From NCBI GenBank assembly GCA_964016885.1, contig OZ024742.1, positions 32,426,001-32,490,000 of the forward strand: a DNA stretch of 64,000 nt. The letters run 5' to 3'. Numbering within the stretch: the stretch's first letter is position 1; every line of letters starts with the position of its first letter. The translations under genes were made by a program, and so were the position numbers. The notes below the pieces were generated by a model, which saw only the letters and a list, made by a program, of their open reading frames with translations, ran no database searches and had not been told where the DNA came from. This DNA comes from Eledone cirrhosa (Eukaryota). This document shows positions 50,593-64,000 of the stretch, one piece after another.

Positions 50593-52547
50593 TCATCATC
50601 ATCATCATCGTTTAACGTCCATGTTCCACGCTTGCATGGGTTTGGACGGGAGTTTTCCCACTTGAGGCAAGAGTGGTTGTCTTGCTCGCATAGGACTGTC
50701 TGGCCGGTTTTCTACAGCTGGATGCCCTTCCTAACACCAACCACATTTACAGTGTGGGGCTGGGAGGTTTTTGCCGTGTTGCCTACACGGCCACATTACA
50801 GCGTGAACTGTGTATTTTTTTGTCGTGACACCTACACGATCTCATTTGTTTCGGCCTGGATGTTGTGGCACCAACATAACTTTACATTGAAAGGGGCGGC
50901 GTGGATGGGGTGGGACGGGGGTGTATTTTGTTAGAGATGCCTACTGACTGTAGTAGGTTTTACTTTGTAAGGCGGGTCTTCTCTATTACTGAGTACCGCC
51001 AAAGATCTCGTTCCAGTGACATTGTCTTGGAGAGGTGTAAGTGTGTGAGGTCGGAATTTATCAGGTCGTCCCAGGTTTTTCTGGGTCTGCCTACTCCCTG
51101 GCTACCGTCTATCTTTATTGCCCTGCACTTCTTTATACAGCTGTCGTCTTTCATGCGCATCACGTGACCATACCAACGTAGCCTTCTCTCGAGTTAACAA
51201 CATCTGATCCCTCTTATTTTTAATTTTTCCCTTAGTTTGTTTATGCTTTGCCGTTCACGTATATTACTATTACACATCCAGCGGAGCATGCAAGCTTCGT
51301 TCCTCTCTAGTCTGCATATATCCTCTGCACACAATGCCCAGGTCTCACTGCCATGCAACATTGCTGTTCGTATGCAGGCATCATACAACCTGCCTTTCAT
51401 TTTTAGGGAGAACCCTTTAGCGGCTAATAGTGGTATAAGCTCTCTGAACTTTTTCCATCCAGTTCTGACTCTAGCTACTGTACTTTCAGAGCACCCTCCC
51501 CCACTGCTGATTTTGTCACCCAGGTAACGGAAGCTGTCCACTATTTCTATAGAACCCTCTGTGCAATTGAAAGAGCTAGTATTTTGTGGGCACTTGCTGC
51601 TACTTATTGCACCAGAGCACCGGCCACATGTAAAATCTATGTTCTTAGTTAGCTTACCTGTGATCCCACTACATCTTTTATGCACCCATACTTTGCATTT
51701 GGGATATAAAATAGAGTTTCCACCTACGCCTTTCCTACACACTGAGCATGGCCATTTCCCAGAAGGGACCGGCGCCTTATTTTCTTTCCTACAAACTAGA
51801 ACTTTAGTCTTAGCCAGGTTAATTTTAAGGCCTTTTGATTCTAGGCCGTGCTTCCATGTTGGAATTTCTTCTCTAGCTCAGCCATTGATTCAGCTATGAG
51901 CGTTAGATCGTCTGTGTATAGGAGTTCCCATGGGCAGCCGGTCTTGAACTCCACTGTTATAGCCTGAAGGGCAATAATAAATAGTAGGGGGCTAAGAACA
52001 GAGCCCTGATGAACACCAACTTTTACGCTAAACTCTTCACTATATTCGTTGTTAATTCTGACCTTGCTGACTGTTTCTTTATACATGGCTTGTATAGCTC
52101 TCACAAGCCATTCGTCAACACCTAGTTTTCTAAGAGCCCACCAGATAATGGAACGGGGGACTCTGTCGAAGGCTTTCTCCAAGTCGACAAAAGCTAAGTA
52201 TAGGGGTTTACTTTTAGCTAGGTACTTCTCCTGTAGTTGTCGTACAATGAAAAGAGCGTCTGTGGTACTTTTGCCTGACACAAACCCGAACTGCATTTCA
52301 TCTAGATCAATTCTCTCTCTGATTAGTTGCGCTATTACTTTTTCTGTGACCATGACCTGGTCGATTAATTTAATGCCTCTATAGTTACTCCTATCTACGG
52401 CGTCTCCTTTACCCTTGTAACAGTTAATGATGATGCCACTACGCCAGTCCTTCGGAACAACCCGCATTCTGTATGACTTGGTTTACTATCCAGGTGACCA
52501 TGTTCTGTCCCATCGTTCCAGAGGCTTTCAGCATCTCAGCAACTATT
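50593..52547 (-). mobile_element. RTE-type LINE, 5'-truncated and frameshifted: RT domain, PHD-like finger, C-terminus, 3'UTR, (GAT)n tail
   Basis: ORF pieces with QFGF, AFVDLEKAFDRVP, GVHQGSVLSPLLF, YTDD and FRYLG; 3' end ggacgttaaac(gat)n; flanked by (TA)n. Confidence 0.93.
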
Positions 52548-52840
52548 ATATATATATAGGCATTTAAATGTGAATGATAAATGACAGTTTATTATGTATA
52601 TGACCCCTTTTATTAACACTTAAATAATAATAATGAAATTATTGTGTACAGTGCTCAGGTGCACTACAACTCGTGCATATATAGTACATCGAATAATGTA
52701 CAAATGTTAGGAAAGTGAACAGTGTATGAGTCATAATATACATGTGTGCATGTGTATGGAGGGGGGGTATCAGGTGTAGTGTTGGTGAATTTCAGAAAGC
52801 TTACCTAAATACATAGTAAAACCTACTACAGCCAGTAGGC

Positions 52841-53773
52841 ATCATCATCATCATCATCATCATCAACGTTTAACGTCCGTGTTCCACGCTTGCATGGGTT
52901 TGGACGGGGGTAGTCCCACTTGAGGCAAGAGTGATTGTCTTGCTCGCATAGGACTGTCTGGCAGGTTTTCTACAGTTGGATGCCCTTCCTAACACCAACC
53001 ACATTTACAGTGTGGGTCTGGGAGGTTTTTACCGTGTTGCCTACACGGCCACATTACAGCGTGGACTGTGTGTTTTTTTGTCGTGACACCTACACGATCT
53101 CATTTGTTTCGGCCTCGATGGCGCGGCACCAACATAACTTTACATAGAACGGGGTGGTGTGGATCGGGTGGGGGTGGTGGGACGGGGTGTATTTTGTTAG
53201 AGATGCCTACTGGCTGGAGTAGGTTTTACTATATATTTAGGTAAGGCGGGTCTTCTCTGTTACTGAGTACCGCCAAAGGTCTCGGTCCAGTGACATTGTC
53301 TTGGAGAGGTGTAAGTGTGTGATGTCGGAGTTTATCAGCTCGTCCCAGGTTTTTCTAGGTCTGCCTATTCCGTGACTACCGTCTATCTTTATTGCCCTGC
53401 ACTTTGTTATACAGCTATCGACTTTCATGCGCATCACGTGTCCATACCAACGTAGCCTTCTCTCGAGTAAACAACATCTGATCCCTCTTATCTCTAATTT
53501 ATTCCTTAGTTCGTTTATGCTTTGCCGTTCACGTATATTACTGTTACACATCCAGCGGAGCATGCAAGCTTCGTTCCTCTCTAGTCTGCGTATATCCTCT
53601 GCACACAATGCCCAGGTCTCACTGCCATGCAGCATTGCTGTTCGTATGCAGGCATCGTACAACCTGCCTTTCATTTTTAGTGAGAACCCTTTAGCAGCTA
53701 ATAGTGGTATAAGCTCTCTGAACTTTTTCCAACCAGTTCTGACTCTAGCTACAGTACTTTCAGAGCACCCTCC
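52841..53773 (-). mobile_element. RTE-type LINE 3' portion inserted antisense into a plus-strand sister copy (52799-52843 plus 53774-54133)
   Basis: ORF 53237-53773 matches the other RTE copies; the flanks rejoin into a continuous plus-strand RTE 3'UTR. Confidence 0.88.
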
Positions 53774-56670
53774 TCTAACAAAATACACCCCCGTCCCACC
53801 ACCCCCACCCCATCCACCCCACCCCCTCCTATGTAAAGTTATGTTGGTGCCACACCATGCAGGCCGAAACAAATGAGATCGTGTAGGTGTCACGACAAAA
53901 AAACACACAGTCCATGCTGTAATGTGGCCGTGTAGGCAACACGGTAAAAACCTCCCAGCCCCACACTGTAAATGTGGTTGGTGTTAGGAAGGGCATCCAG
54001 CTGTAGAAAACCTGCCAGACAGTCCTATGCGAGCAAGACAATCACTCTTGCCTCAAGTGGGAATACCCCCGTCCAAACCCATGCAAGCGTGGAACACGGA
54101 CGTTAAACGTTGATGATGATGATGATGATGATGGAGGTGTTAAAACAAGTTTATCAATTCAAATGTTTATAGTATCTTTACTAGCAGACAGATCATTGTG
54201 AGAATTAGTAGCATTAGGAAAAAAGCTTTCATTTCATCTGATGCAATCATAATGCTGTTTTGTACTTTACATACACTGTATACATACATGACATACATAC
54301 ACATACATTCACAAACACCTATATACATACATTCATACACACACACATGCATGTACATATACATATATACACAAGTCTATTTTCATCAGTATCATTTTAC
54401 ATTCGTTTTTCCATGGTGTAGAAATAGCAGCCAAATTTCCTGCAAATTCCACTTGGCTGTCTTAAGAAAAGAAGATCACATTGAATAATCTAGATATGCT
54501 ATGTTTGAAATATTGAATCAGTTGGATAAGAGAGCAAAACTCAAGTACAATATATTGTAAAACATTAAGAAGAAGAAATAGAAGTGAGCACATGTAGTAT
54601 GAACAAATAACAAATGGACAAAACTGAATAGGGAATGGACATGTTTACATACTCACGGATCCCAAATAATGGGGTGGGGGGTTAATAAGTGGGGGAGTTG
54701 AAATAAGCAGGGTGTTTAGAAAATCGGTAATTTTTCTAGGTTGTCTCTGTTCATTCTTTTAAAAACCAGAATTAGTCATTTAGTTTACATATGGAGAACC
54801 CCAACCCACCCTATCCTATTTATTTTATAACATATGGGATATCTGGTAATGTACTTTTTTTTTTGTTATTTATGTTTTTTAATGTGTAAAGAAAAGAAAA
54901 TTTCACTGGAGATAGATTAGTAAAATTTAATAAATGGGGGTGGGGGAATAAGAGCAGTGGAGTTTGGAAAAATTTGAAAAATTAATAAGCGAGGAGTCTT
55001 TGAGACTCGAGAGTAGCCAAAGAAGACAGATGATGATGAAGATGTTCAGACACATTACATTCTCAGTTCAAATCCCACCTAGACATTCTCATCATTTGAC
55101 CACAGGATCACAACATATTATGAAAGCTAAAATGGGTGAAGGAGGATTATAGCTGTTGAACAATGATGATGATGATGATGATGATAATATGATAATGATG
55201 TTAATAATAATGATAATATTGAATGAGAAAATGCAGAGCTGGCATACCATTTGTAGTTTATTTGATCTTTGTTTCTTGCTGTGGTTGAATCTATGATTCC
55301 AGGAGTGTTGACGTTCAGCCTTCAACATTTTATTTAAGGCTTATTCTAGCTGCTAAATATCCTAATCTCAGATGAACTAATATAACAGCACATTACACAC
55401 ATGTTGTACCTTAGTTATGATGACAAGTGTTTCAGTTGTGAGATCAGTGGAACAACACACACACAGGCACTTTTAACTTAATTCTCAAGGAGATTTAGCA
55501 TGACTCAGTATAAGACAAGGCTGGATGTTTGAATTGCAGATACAACCTATCTTGAATTATATTGTGTAAGTGACTGAGTAGGTGTGTGTACCCTTCATAC
55601 AATTCTCAGGGAGATTCAGCATGAAAGTGTTACAATACAGGATGTTGGAATTACAGGTACAATCTATCATGTAAGTGACTGAGTATTCCACAGGCATGTG
55701 TAACCTTCGTGTAATTCTCAGGAAGATTCAGAATGACACAGTGGGAAACAAGGCTGACCCTTTGAATTACAGGTACAACATTTTTGCCAGCTGGTGGGAC
55801 TGGAGCAAACTGCTGAAAATTAGACTCACAACCTTACAATCGTATGCTGAACACCTTAACCACTAACCTGCACACATTCATGGCACAGACACACACACTA
55901 CCATCTAATTACCAATCCATGAGTTTGTAGACACTGTTCTTATTTTGGAATATCTTGCACTGTTTCTGACAGACATGGTGATCCATGGAAACTCCAGATA
56001 TCCAGATACATTTTGAGTTTTGGTTTTTGCAAAAATAGTTTCACAAAGAGCTTTGGTTAAATTTCTTTCTAAGTAAGCATCTTTGGAATGTGGTCTGGTG
56101 CAGACATGGTTGTTTAGTTCAGTTGCACTGTGTGATGGTACTCCAGGTAAAGTGTCTTCTAATATAGCCTTGGGCTCACCAATGCCATCTGAGTGAATTT
56201 TGGTAGAGAGAAAATGCAGAACACAGTTGTATATGTGTGTATGCATGCATGTGTGTGTGTGCGTCTGTGACTGAATTTGTGTTTGTGTGTGTTTGTGTGT
56301 GTGTCGCTGAGTTTGTGTCTGTATCTATTTTTTTTATAAATCAACAGCTCAACAAAAAGACAAATAAAAATAAAGTACCAGGCTTGAAACAAAAGTATTA
56401 GGGTGGATATGATTGACTAAATCCCTTGAAGGTGGTGGTGCTCTAGTGTGTCCATAATAAAAGGGTAAAAATATTCATCATCATCGTTTATACATTCGTT
56501 TTTCCACACTTGCATGGGTTGGATGGGTCCTTTTCAGCACAACATCTCTCCACTCGTCGCATTCTTTCATCATCTCCCCTGTGAGTGTCAGCGATATGAG
56601 ATCTGCTCTCACAACCTATATATATATTTATATATCTCCATATGGGGTTGACAGCTGAGAGAAAAGAGTG

Positions 56671-56704
<34 letters not shown>

Positions 56705-56928
56705 CTTATAATTCTGATTAGATGCCCAACAATCAGCCAAATATTAACAGCAACATAACAATTAGTGAAGTGGAGAGGAGGGAAAAAATAGTGCAAACAT
56801 TTGTATATTCAAAGAAAGGGAGGAGTGATATTTTCCATAAAATTAAGATTAACCTCTGAAGAAAAATATGACAGTAATTATAAGGTTGAGACATGCAGAA
56901 GCACACAGAGACAGATAGATAGGTATAG

Positions 56929-56931
<3 letters not shown>

Positions 56932-57002
<71 letters not shown>
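56932..57002. repeat. (GA)n microsatellite
   Basis: Read directly. Confidence 0.97.
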
Positions 57003-57005
<3 letters not shown>

Positions 57006-58014
57006 CTGTGAAGATAAGAGGTGTAATCACTATAACCTTGTTATCAAGGTCAAACACTTCAAAGCAGGTTTATAGAATGCTGTAGCATGTACACTAGACA
57101 TATCAGTGAAAGCAATAAAGGCACAAAACAAGGCCAAACTAGTTCAGACTAAACCAGACCAAACTAAGCCAGTCCAGTTCAGACCACACCAAATTAAGCC
57201 AGTCCAGTTCATATCTGATCAGACCAGACACACCTCCTCTAAACTTGTTTTAGAACAAAGAAATGTTTTCAAATATTGTCACCTCTCTCCCCATCATTGT
57301 TCAACTACAATAGCAGATGGCCACAATTCTCTCCCACCCATTGTTGGTTTCATAATCTTTTGTTGTTCCAGTAGTTGGGTGTGCTGAAACCTGGCCATCA
57401 GTACGAATTGAATCCATAGGTAGAATATGAACTTGGAATGTAGAGTGTCAGAATAGATACTGCAAGGAATCTTCGTCTGACACTCTAACAATTCTGCCAA
57501 TCCACGGCCCTAGACAGGGGCTATTTTTTTTATTGACTCCCGAAAGGATCAAAAGTGAAGTTGAGCTCAATGGAAGTGCAAAGAAACAAAACAAATATCA
57601 CAAGGCACCTTGTCTGACATTGCTGCTCTGCATTCGTACTTTATTTTATTGACCCTGAAAGGATGAAGGACAAAATTGACCTCAGCAGGGAAGATGGCTA
57701 TAACTTTTTCATTATATTTATAATGAAAGCAACTGCCTATGGTTTTTAAATGATTTGCAAAATAATCAAGAATTTGAAGAGATTTAGTAATATAACTAAC
57801 TTTCTCATTATTAAGCTGATGCTTAGAGCACAATTAATAAAAGTTCTAACATAAAATTTGCTGCAAGGTTTTTAGATAAAAACTAGACCACCCATGACTC
57901 GTTGGGTCACGTTTGCTTAAAAATTTTTTTTTAAATCATGTTCACTTAAAAATAATTTTTAAATAATTAAAATATACAGACATATATATAATGTGAAATG
58001 AAACTGGAAGGCCC

Positions 58015-58104
<90 letters not shown>

Positions 58105-58135
58105 ATATATATATGTGTGTGTGTATGTATATATA

Positions 58136-59263
58136 TACAAATGCAAAGTATGGGTGCATAAAAGATGTAGTGGGATCACAGGTAAGCTAACTAAGAATAT
58201 AGATTTTATATGTGGCCGGTGCTCAGGTGCAATAAGTAGCAGCAAGTGCCCACAAAATACTAGCTCATTCCATTGCACAGATGGTTCTATAGAAATAGTG
58301 GACACCTTCCGTTACCTGGGTGACAAAATCAGCAGTGGGGGAGGGTGCGCTGAAAGTACAGTAGCTAGAGTCAGAACGGGATGGAAAAAGTTCAGAGAGC
58401 TTATACCACTATTGGCCGCTAAAGGGTTCTCTCTAAAAATGAAAGGCAGGCTGTATGATGCCTGCATACGAACAGCAATGTTACATGGCAGTGAGACTTG
58501 GGCATTGTGTGCAGAGGATCTACGCAGACTGGAGAGAAACGAAGCTTGCATGCTCCGCTGGATGTGTAATAGTAATATACGTGAACGGCAAAGCATAAAC
58601 GAACTAAGGGAGAAATTAGGAATAAGAGGGATCAGATGCTGTTTACTCGAGAGAGGACTACGTTGGTATGGTCACGTGATGCGCATGAAAGACGACAGCT
58701 GTATAAAAAAGTGCAGGGCAATAAAGATAGACGGTAGCCAGGGAGTAGGCAGACCCAGAAAAACCTGGGACGACCTGATAAATTCCGACCTCACACACTT
58801 ACACCTCTCCAAGACAATGTCACTGGACCGAGATCTTTGGCGCTACACAGTTATACAGAAGACCCGCCTTACCGAAGTACAAAGCGAAACCTACAGTCAG
58901 TAGGCACCTCTAACAAAATACACCCCCGTCCCACTACCCCCACCCCATCCACACCACCCCCTTAAATGTGAAGTTATGTTGGTACCACAATATCCAGTCC
59001 TAAACAAATGAGGTCGTGTAGGTGTCACGACAAAAAAACACACAGTCTACGCTGTAATGTGGCCGTGTAAGTAACACGGTAAAAACCTCCCAGTCCACAC
59101 TGTAAACGTGGTTGGTGTTAGGAAGGGCATCCAGCCGTAGTAAACCTGCCAGACAGTCCTATACGAGCAGGACAACAAATCTTGCTTCAAGTGGGAAAAC
59201 TCCCGTCCAAACCCATGCTAGCGTGGAAGATGGACGTTAAACGATGATGATGATGATGATGAT
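58136..59263 (+). mobile_element. RTE-type LINE 3' portion (ORF C-terminus, 3'UTR, (GAT)n tail)
   Basis: ORF 57998-58903 (WVHKRCSG...FRYLGD...LRWYGHVMRM...GRPRKTW); the 5' end abuts a (TG)n/(TA)n microsatellite. Confidence 0.93.
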
Positions 59264-59629
59264 GTGGGTGCCTGTGATCTATATGCACTGGTCATAGACT
59301 CACATATACACAACACCACCACCACCAGCTCTCTTCCATTCTCCTTCTCTGTCTCCTCTCCCTCTCTCTATGTCTCTCTTTCAATCTACTCTCTCACAAC
59401 CACTATCTCTTCCTCTCTATCTCTCTCTCTTTGCTTATGAAGGTACCCGGAAAAACCCCATATCTCGGGAATCCGTGCTCCGATTTACGCGAAACTTGTT
59501 TTATTCCATTTGTATTCCCATTTCAGGGGCAACTTTCTTTCAAAGTATTTTCCCCATTATGCGCCCTTTTACCTGTATTACATTAGAGACAAGCAAGCAA
59601 TCTCAGACTTTTAGTAATATACAGATTGA

Positions 59630-61197
59630 TAGATATCTTTCTTTATTTGCCACAGGGGCGTACAAAAATGGGACATTACAAGACGTGACGGCGGGGGTTT
59701 TACATAAAAATAACTTTAACATTAATAAATAACAATAAACTATATATAATAAAATAACAATTGAAATCCCCAGTAGGGGGGGGGGGACGTTACTGCAGGG
59801 TTGACACCCCGTGGATAGAACCCTCAACACCAGGAACACGTTTTGTAGGTGTTCCTGTCTTCCCTCTGTTTATCTTCCTCAACCTACAGGTTTATATACA
59901 GAGAAGGCCCATTCATTTGGGCCATTTTTTCCACATTCACCCACCTTTCAGCGAATTTACTGGGGTGTAGCACCTCTCTCTCCACTCTCACCTTCTTCCT
60001 GAAGTGATACTTAAAGAAGGGGATAAGTTGTTGTCCGGAGAGACAGGTGTTTGCCCTGAGTCCTTTTAACCTTGTCCACCATATTACCTCTTTTGCCATA
60101 GCCACCAGATAGAGGAAAACCGCCTCTCCTTCATTCTTAAATGAAGGCGGCGGGGTGATCCTCACAATGGACTCGGCTGACAACTGGATGTGTCCCACAT
60201 GTGACAGCAGCTGTTCGACATAATTCCACAGGTCGGTCACCCCTGGGCACTGAACAATTGCATGCAGAACGGTTTCGATGTCTTGCTCGCATCTTGGACA
60301 GGTCCTTTTGGCAGGATCTCTGCCAGGATGTCCGTGCTTGTAGATTTTGTCTCAAACTGGTAGAGCTCCTCGGTAGCACTGCCAGGCCAGAGACCTCTGA
60401 AAGTTATCCATAGGCCCTGGAGGGAAATTCCTCCCAAATAGACTGGTCAGTTCATCCTCTTCGATGCCTAGAGTTTCCCAGAGAACGTTGTCGCACTTAT
60501 CCTCCACTAATCCCCTATAGAATGTCAAAGTGGAGTCTTTGCTGATTGCCGTTTCCGCTTGGTAGAGGGCTGTGAGCGCCTGTAGGCACTCGAGGTGCCA
60601 GGCACTCATTTTCGGTCTTCGCTTGACCCAGGACTGCAGCTCTGTTAGTGAGATGAGTTGTGGAAGAGCTTGTCTCACAAACGACAGACACACCGGTTCA
60701 CCGGTCAGGAATACCTGGAGATGGCGTAGCCTCAGCGCATGTTTGCGCATCATCAGCCACAGCATGCCCAGCCCTCCGTTAGAAGGGTGTTGACAGCAGA
60801 TGGATCTCCTCACCAATGGAGCCTGTTTCTTCCAGAGGAATTTGAAGAGTAGGTGACGGACACTATGTAAGTTTTCGCCACCTCCGCTCGACCTTTCAAG
60901 GAGAGTTTGCACTCAACCCACTCACCATGACCTCGTTCCAGTTCTTATCCACCTGGAGGTCTGGACCGAACCAGACCCCAAGCAATTTCACCGGTCCTTC
61001 CGTCCAGCGTCCAACGACACTGTCGGAAGGCATGGGTTTGCCTCTCCATGTGCCGAGTTGAAAACTGACAGACTTGTTTGGGTTTAGTCTTGCTCCTGTC
61101 AACGTTTTGTATTCCTGTAATAGGTTGCTGCTTATCCTGATTTCCGAGGTTTTCGACACCATTACGGTTATGTCGTCGGCATAGGCTGACGCTAATC
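59630..61197 (-). mobile_element. L1/Tx1-clade LINE ORF2 fragment (RT C-terminal half and Cys/His knuckle), frameshifted
   Basis: SAYADDITVM near 61160-61190, GARLNPNKS, KLLGVWFG, FLWKK...GGLGM, and a CPRC...ETVLHAIVQC-type C-terminal motif across frames. Confidence 0.85.
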
Positions 61198-63304
61198 TCT
61201 TTCATTGCCATATTTTTAATGAAAGTCAATGCCTATGATTTACAAGTCATTTTTTAAATAATTAAGAACTTTGAGGGATTTAGAAACATTACTAATTTTC
61301 TTACTTTTAAGCTGGTTTTTGTAACATAACAAAAGTTTTCAGATAAAATTATGATGCAAAGTTTTTAGATAAATATAAATACTTTAAAATAAAGTTTTGT
61401 ATCATAGAAGAAGACAGTTTGAGGCTGTTTGTTATCAAGAGTTAAAATGCTTATTATTGTGTTCTTGTAAGAATAATGTAAACCAGGAAGGTGGAATGAT
61501 AAAAAATGGCTTAATCAGACAAGGAAGAGCAGTGCCTGACCTTTTTAAAGACTAGTAGAGAGGAAATGGAACAAAATTTTGAAATTCTCAGACAAAAAAA
61601 AACTGGTCTGAATGTTTCTTATTATGGTTCACAGCTACATAGGTTTTGTTATTTTGTTACAGTTATAGCCATGTAGTTTTGGTGGCCTCTTATGAGGCTA
61701 CATCTAATAGGAGGTTTCTCAGGTATTTTAATTATATTGGGCCCCAGTTCAATCATGAAACATGTCCTCCCTGGGCTGAACTGTAGTCTGTTGCAAGAGT
61801 TAACTCCCAGCTGTTGCTGCTAACTACTTTTTTAGCTGAGAGAACTGGAGCAACATGAAATGAAATGTCTTGCAGTCCAGAAACACAATGTACCACTCAG
61901 TCCAGAAACACAAGACAAAAGAGTCAGGATTTTAAAATATACATATTTCTGTAAGACACAAACATTTAAAATAGACAATATGGAAAAGAATATGATATAA
62001 GATCATAAAGGATATAGGAATTGAACCCTTTGTTACCATAATTCTAATGAAATCCACAATGTGTTTCAATTAATTTCGAAAACGATAAAAAATTTGGAAA
62101 ACTTTAGTTATGTAACTAATTATTTTCATTAGGTTGATGTGAGGCTGGTGGAGAGGTAGAATTATTACAGCATTTTAGAAAATACTTTGCAGCATATAAT
62201 TACATTCCTTTACATTTGGAATTCAAATCACATCAAGGTCAACTTTGCCTTTCATCCTTCTGTTGTCAATAAAATAAAGTACCAGTTAAGTACAGGAGTT
62301 GAGTAAATAGACTTTGCTGTTCCCACATATTTTCTGGCCTCATACCTGAATTAGAAATCAATATTTTTAAGGGTGGTGACTTGGCAGAATAATTAGAGCA
62401 TTGGACAAAATGCTTTAGAGCATATAGTTATGGCCTTTTATATTCTGAGTTCAAATCCTGCCAAGGCCAACTTTGCCTATCATCCTTCTGGGGTCAATAA
62501 AATAAAGTACCAGTAAAATACTTGGTCGAAATAATCAATTTTTTCCCTCGCCATAAGTTGCTGGAATAATTACTAAATTAGAAAATCCTTATGTTTTTAC
62601 ATAAAATTATGATGTAATGTTTTAATGAGTATGAACATTTAAAAACACTTTTATATCATATAAAAAGGTTGGTTTTAAGTAGGTTGGTATCAAAGGGGTT
62701 CAAAAATAGAGGGATTTAAAAGGAATAGGAATATATAGGGGGGAAATTTAAAGAATATACCAAGCACTGTACTTAAGGCAGCAAATTGGCAGAGTTGTTA
62801 GAGCATCAGATAAAAAATGCTTTAGTATTTGTTCTGGCTCTCTACTCTCTGAGTTCAAATCCCACAGAGGTCAATGTTGCCTTTCAGCCTTTCAGGATCA
62901 ATTTGGTTTTTCCTCTATCTCTACTCTATTTTCCTCAGGAAGAAATGTTCCAGAGATGGGCTCTGCCAGGCTTAAAATGCCAAAGACATTTTGTGTCAGG
63001 ATGGCACTCTTTAAGGGCCTTTGACTCTGTGTGCGTGTATATATATGTGTGTGCACACACATATACACACACACACATACATGGTCCTGCAACTCCTGAG
63101 GGAGTTAAAGGGCCACTGTACTGACATACAGAATTTCTAGGGAATTTTTAAAACCTGGTAGAGCCCAGCTCCTCTTCAGGTCTGAATACAGATTTCTTCC
63201 AGAGAAGGAAAAAGAGAGTGAGAAAGAGATATAGAGGAAGAATCGACCCCAGTAATAAACAGGTACATTTTTGTCGACCTCAAATGGATGAAAGGCAAAG
63301 TTGG

Positions 63305-63980
63305 TCACGACTAAAAGCACCCAGCCCACACTGTAAAGTGGTCATGTAGGTGACACGACTAAAAGCACCCAGCCCACACTGTAAAGTGGTCATGTAGGTG
63401 ACACGACTAAAAGCACCCAGTCCACATTGTAAAGTGGTCATGTAGGTGACATGACAAAAAGCACCCAGTCCATATTGTAAAGTGGTCATGTAGGTGACAT
63501 GACAAAAAGCACCCAGTCCATATTGTAAAGTGGTCATGTAGGTGACATGACAAAAAGCACCTAGTCCACATTGTAAAGTGGTCTTGTAGGTGACATGACA
63601 AAAAGCACCCAGTCCACATTGTAAAGTGGTCATGTAGGTGACACGACTAAAAGCACACAGTCCACATTGTAAAGTGGTCATGTAGGTGACATGACAAAAA
63701 GCACCCAGTCCACATTGTAAAGTGGTCATGTAGGTGACATGACAAAAAGCACCCAGTCTACATTATAAAGTGGCTTTGTCGGCGTCATGACAATAAACGC
63801 CCAGCCCATATTGTAAAGTGATCATGTAGGTGACATGACAAAAAGCACTCAGTACACACTGTAAATGTGGTTGGCAATAGGAAGGGTATCCAGCTATAGG
63901 AAGCAAGCCAAAATCAGGACAACTCGTCTAAGCCATGTTAATGGGAAAAAAATGGACGTTAAATGGGGATGATAATGATA
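63305..63980 (+). repeat. RTE 3'UTR with a ~48-bp internal unit (aaaagcacccagtccacattgtaaagtggtcatgtaggtgacatgac) expanded to ~11-12 tandem copies
   Basis: 48-bp periodicity visible over 63313-63860; continues into the normal RTE 3' terminus. Confidence 0.88.
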
Positions 63981-64000
63981 TATATATAATAATGAGTATA

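Noticed and set aside
55905-56246. 113-aa minus-strand ORF as a PTB1 exon
   Set aside because: No PTB similarity, no suitable splice sites, and the 5' part is SINE-derived.
57998-58903. 301-aa ORF as a host gene
   Set aside because: (TG)n microsatellite fused in frame to a 5'-truncated RTE ORF.

Overview
AT-rich, repeat-dense animal genomic DNA. The SINE/RTE/microsatellite landscape suggests a coleoid cephalopod such as Octopus (inference). The window lies inside one large minus-strand gene encoding a TBC1D1/TBC1D4 (AS160; Drosophila pollux)-family Rab-GAP. I traced 13 coding exons by hand, from 46263 down to 1, with GT-AG boundaries and consistent phases. They cover the second PTB domain, the Akt-motif region, the calmodulin-binding-like helix and the start of the TBC domain (IDLGRTFP). 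The gene runs off the left edge, and its 5'-most exons are probably beyond the right edge. Introns contain RTE-type LINE copies with (GAT)n tails and a PHD-like finger, an L1/Tx1 fragment, an Ingi/Vingi-like fragment, a Gypsy-type LTR with a tRNA-Trp PBS, several MITEs, tRNA-like SINEs, and mini- and microsatellites. The most interesting unexplained signals are: minimal hammerhead-ribozyme motifs in introns (the best one in pre-mRNA sense); a CpG-rich putative internal promoter with a phase-compatible first exon for a TBC-only isoform; other phase-compatible candidate exons; diverged micro-duplications of two splice junctions carrying stop codons; and an RTE copy inserted antisense into a sister copy. 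None of this was verified computationally.
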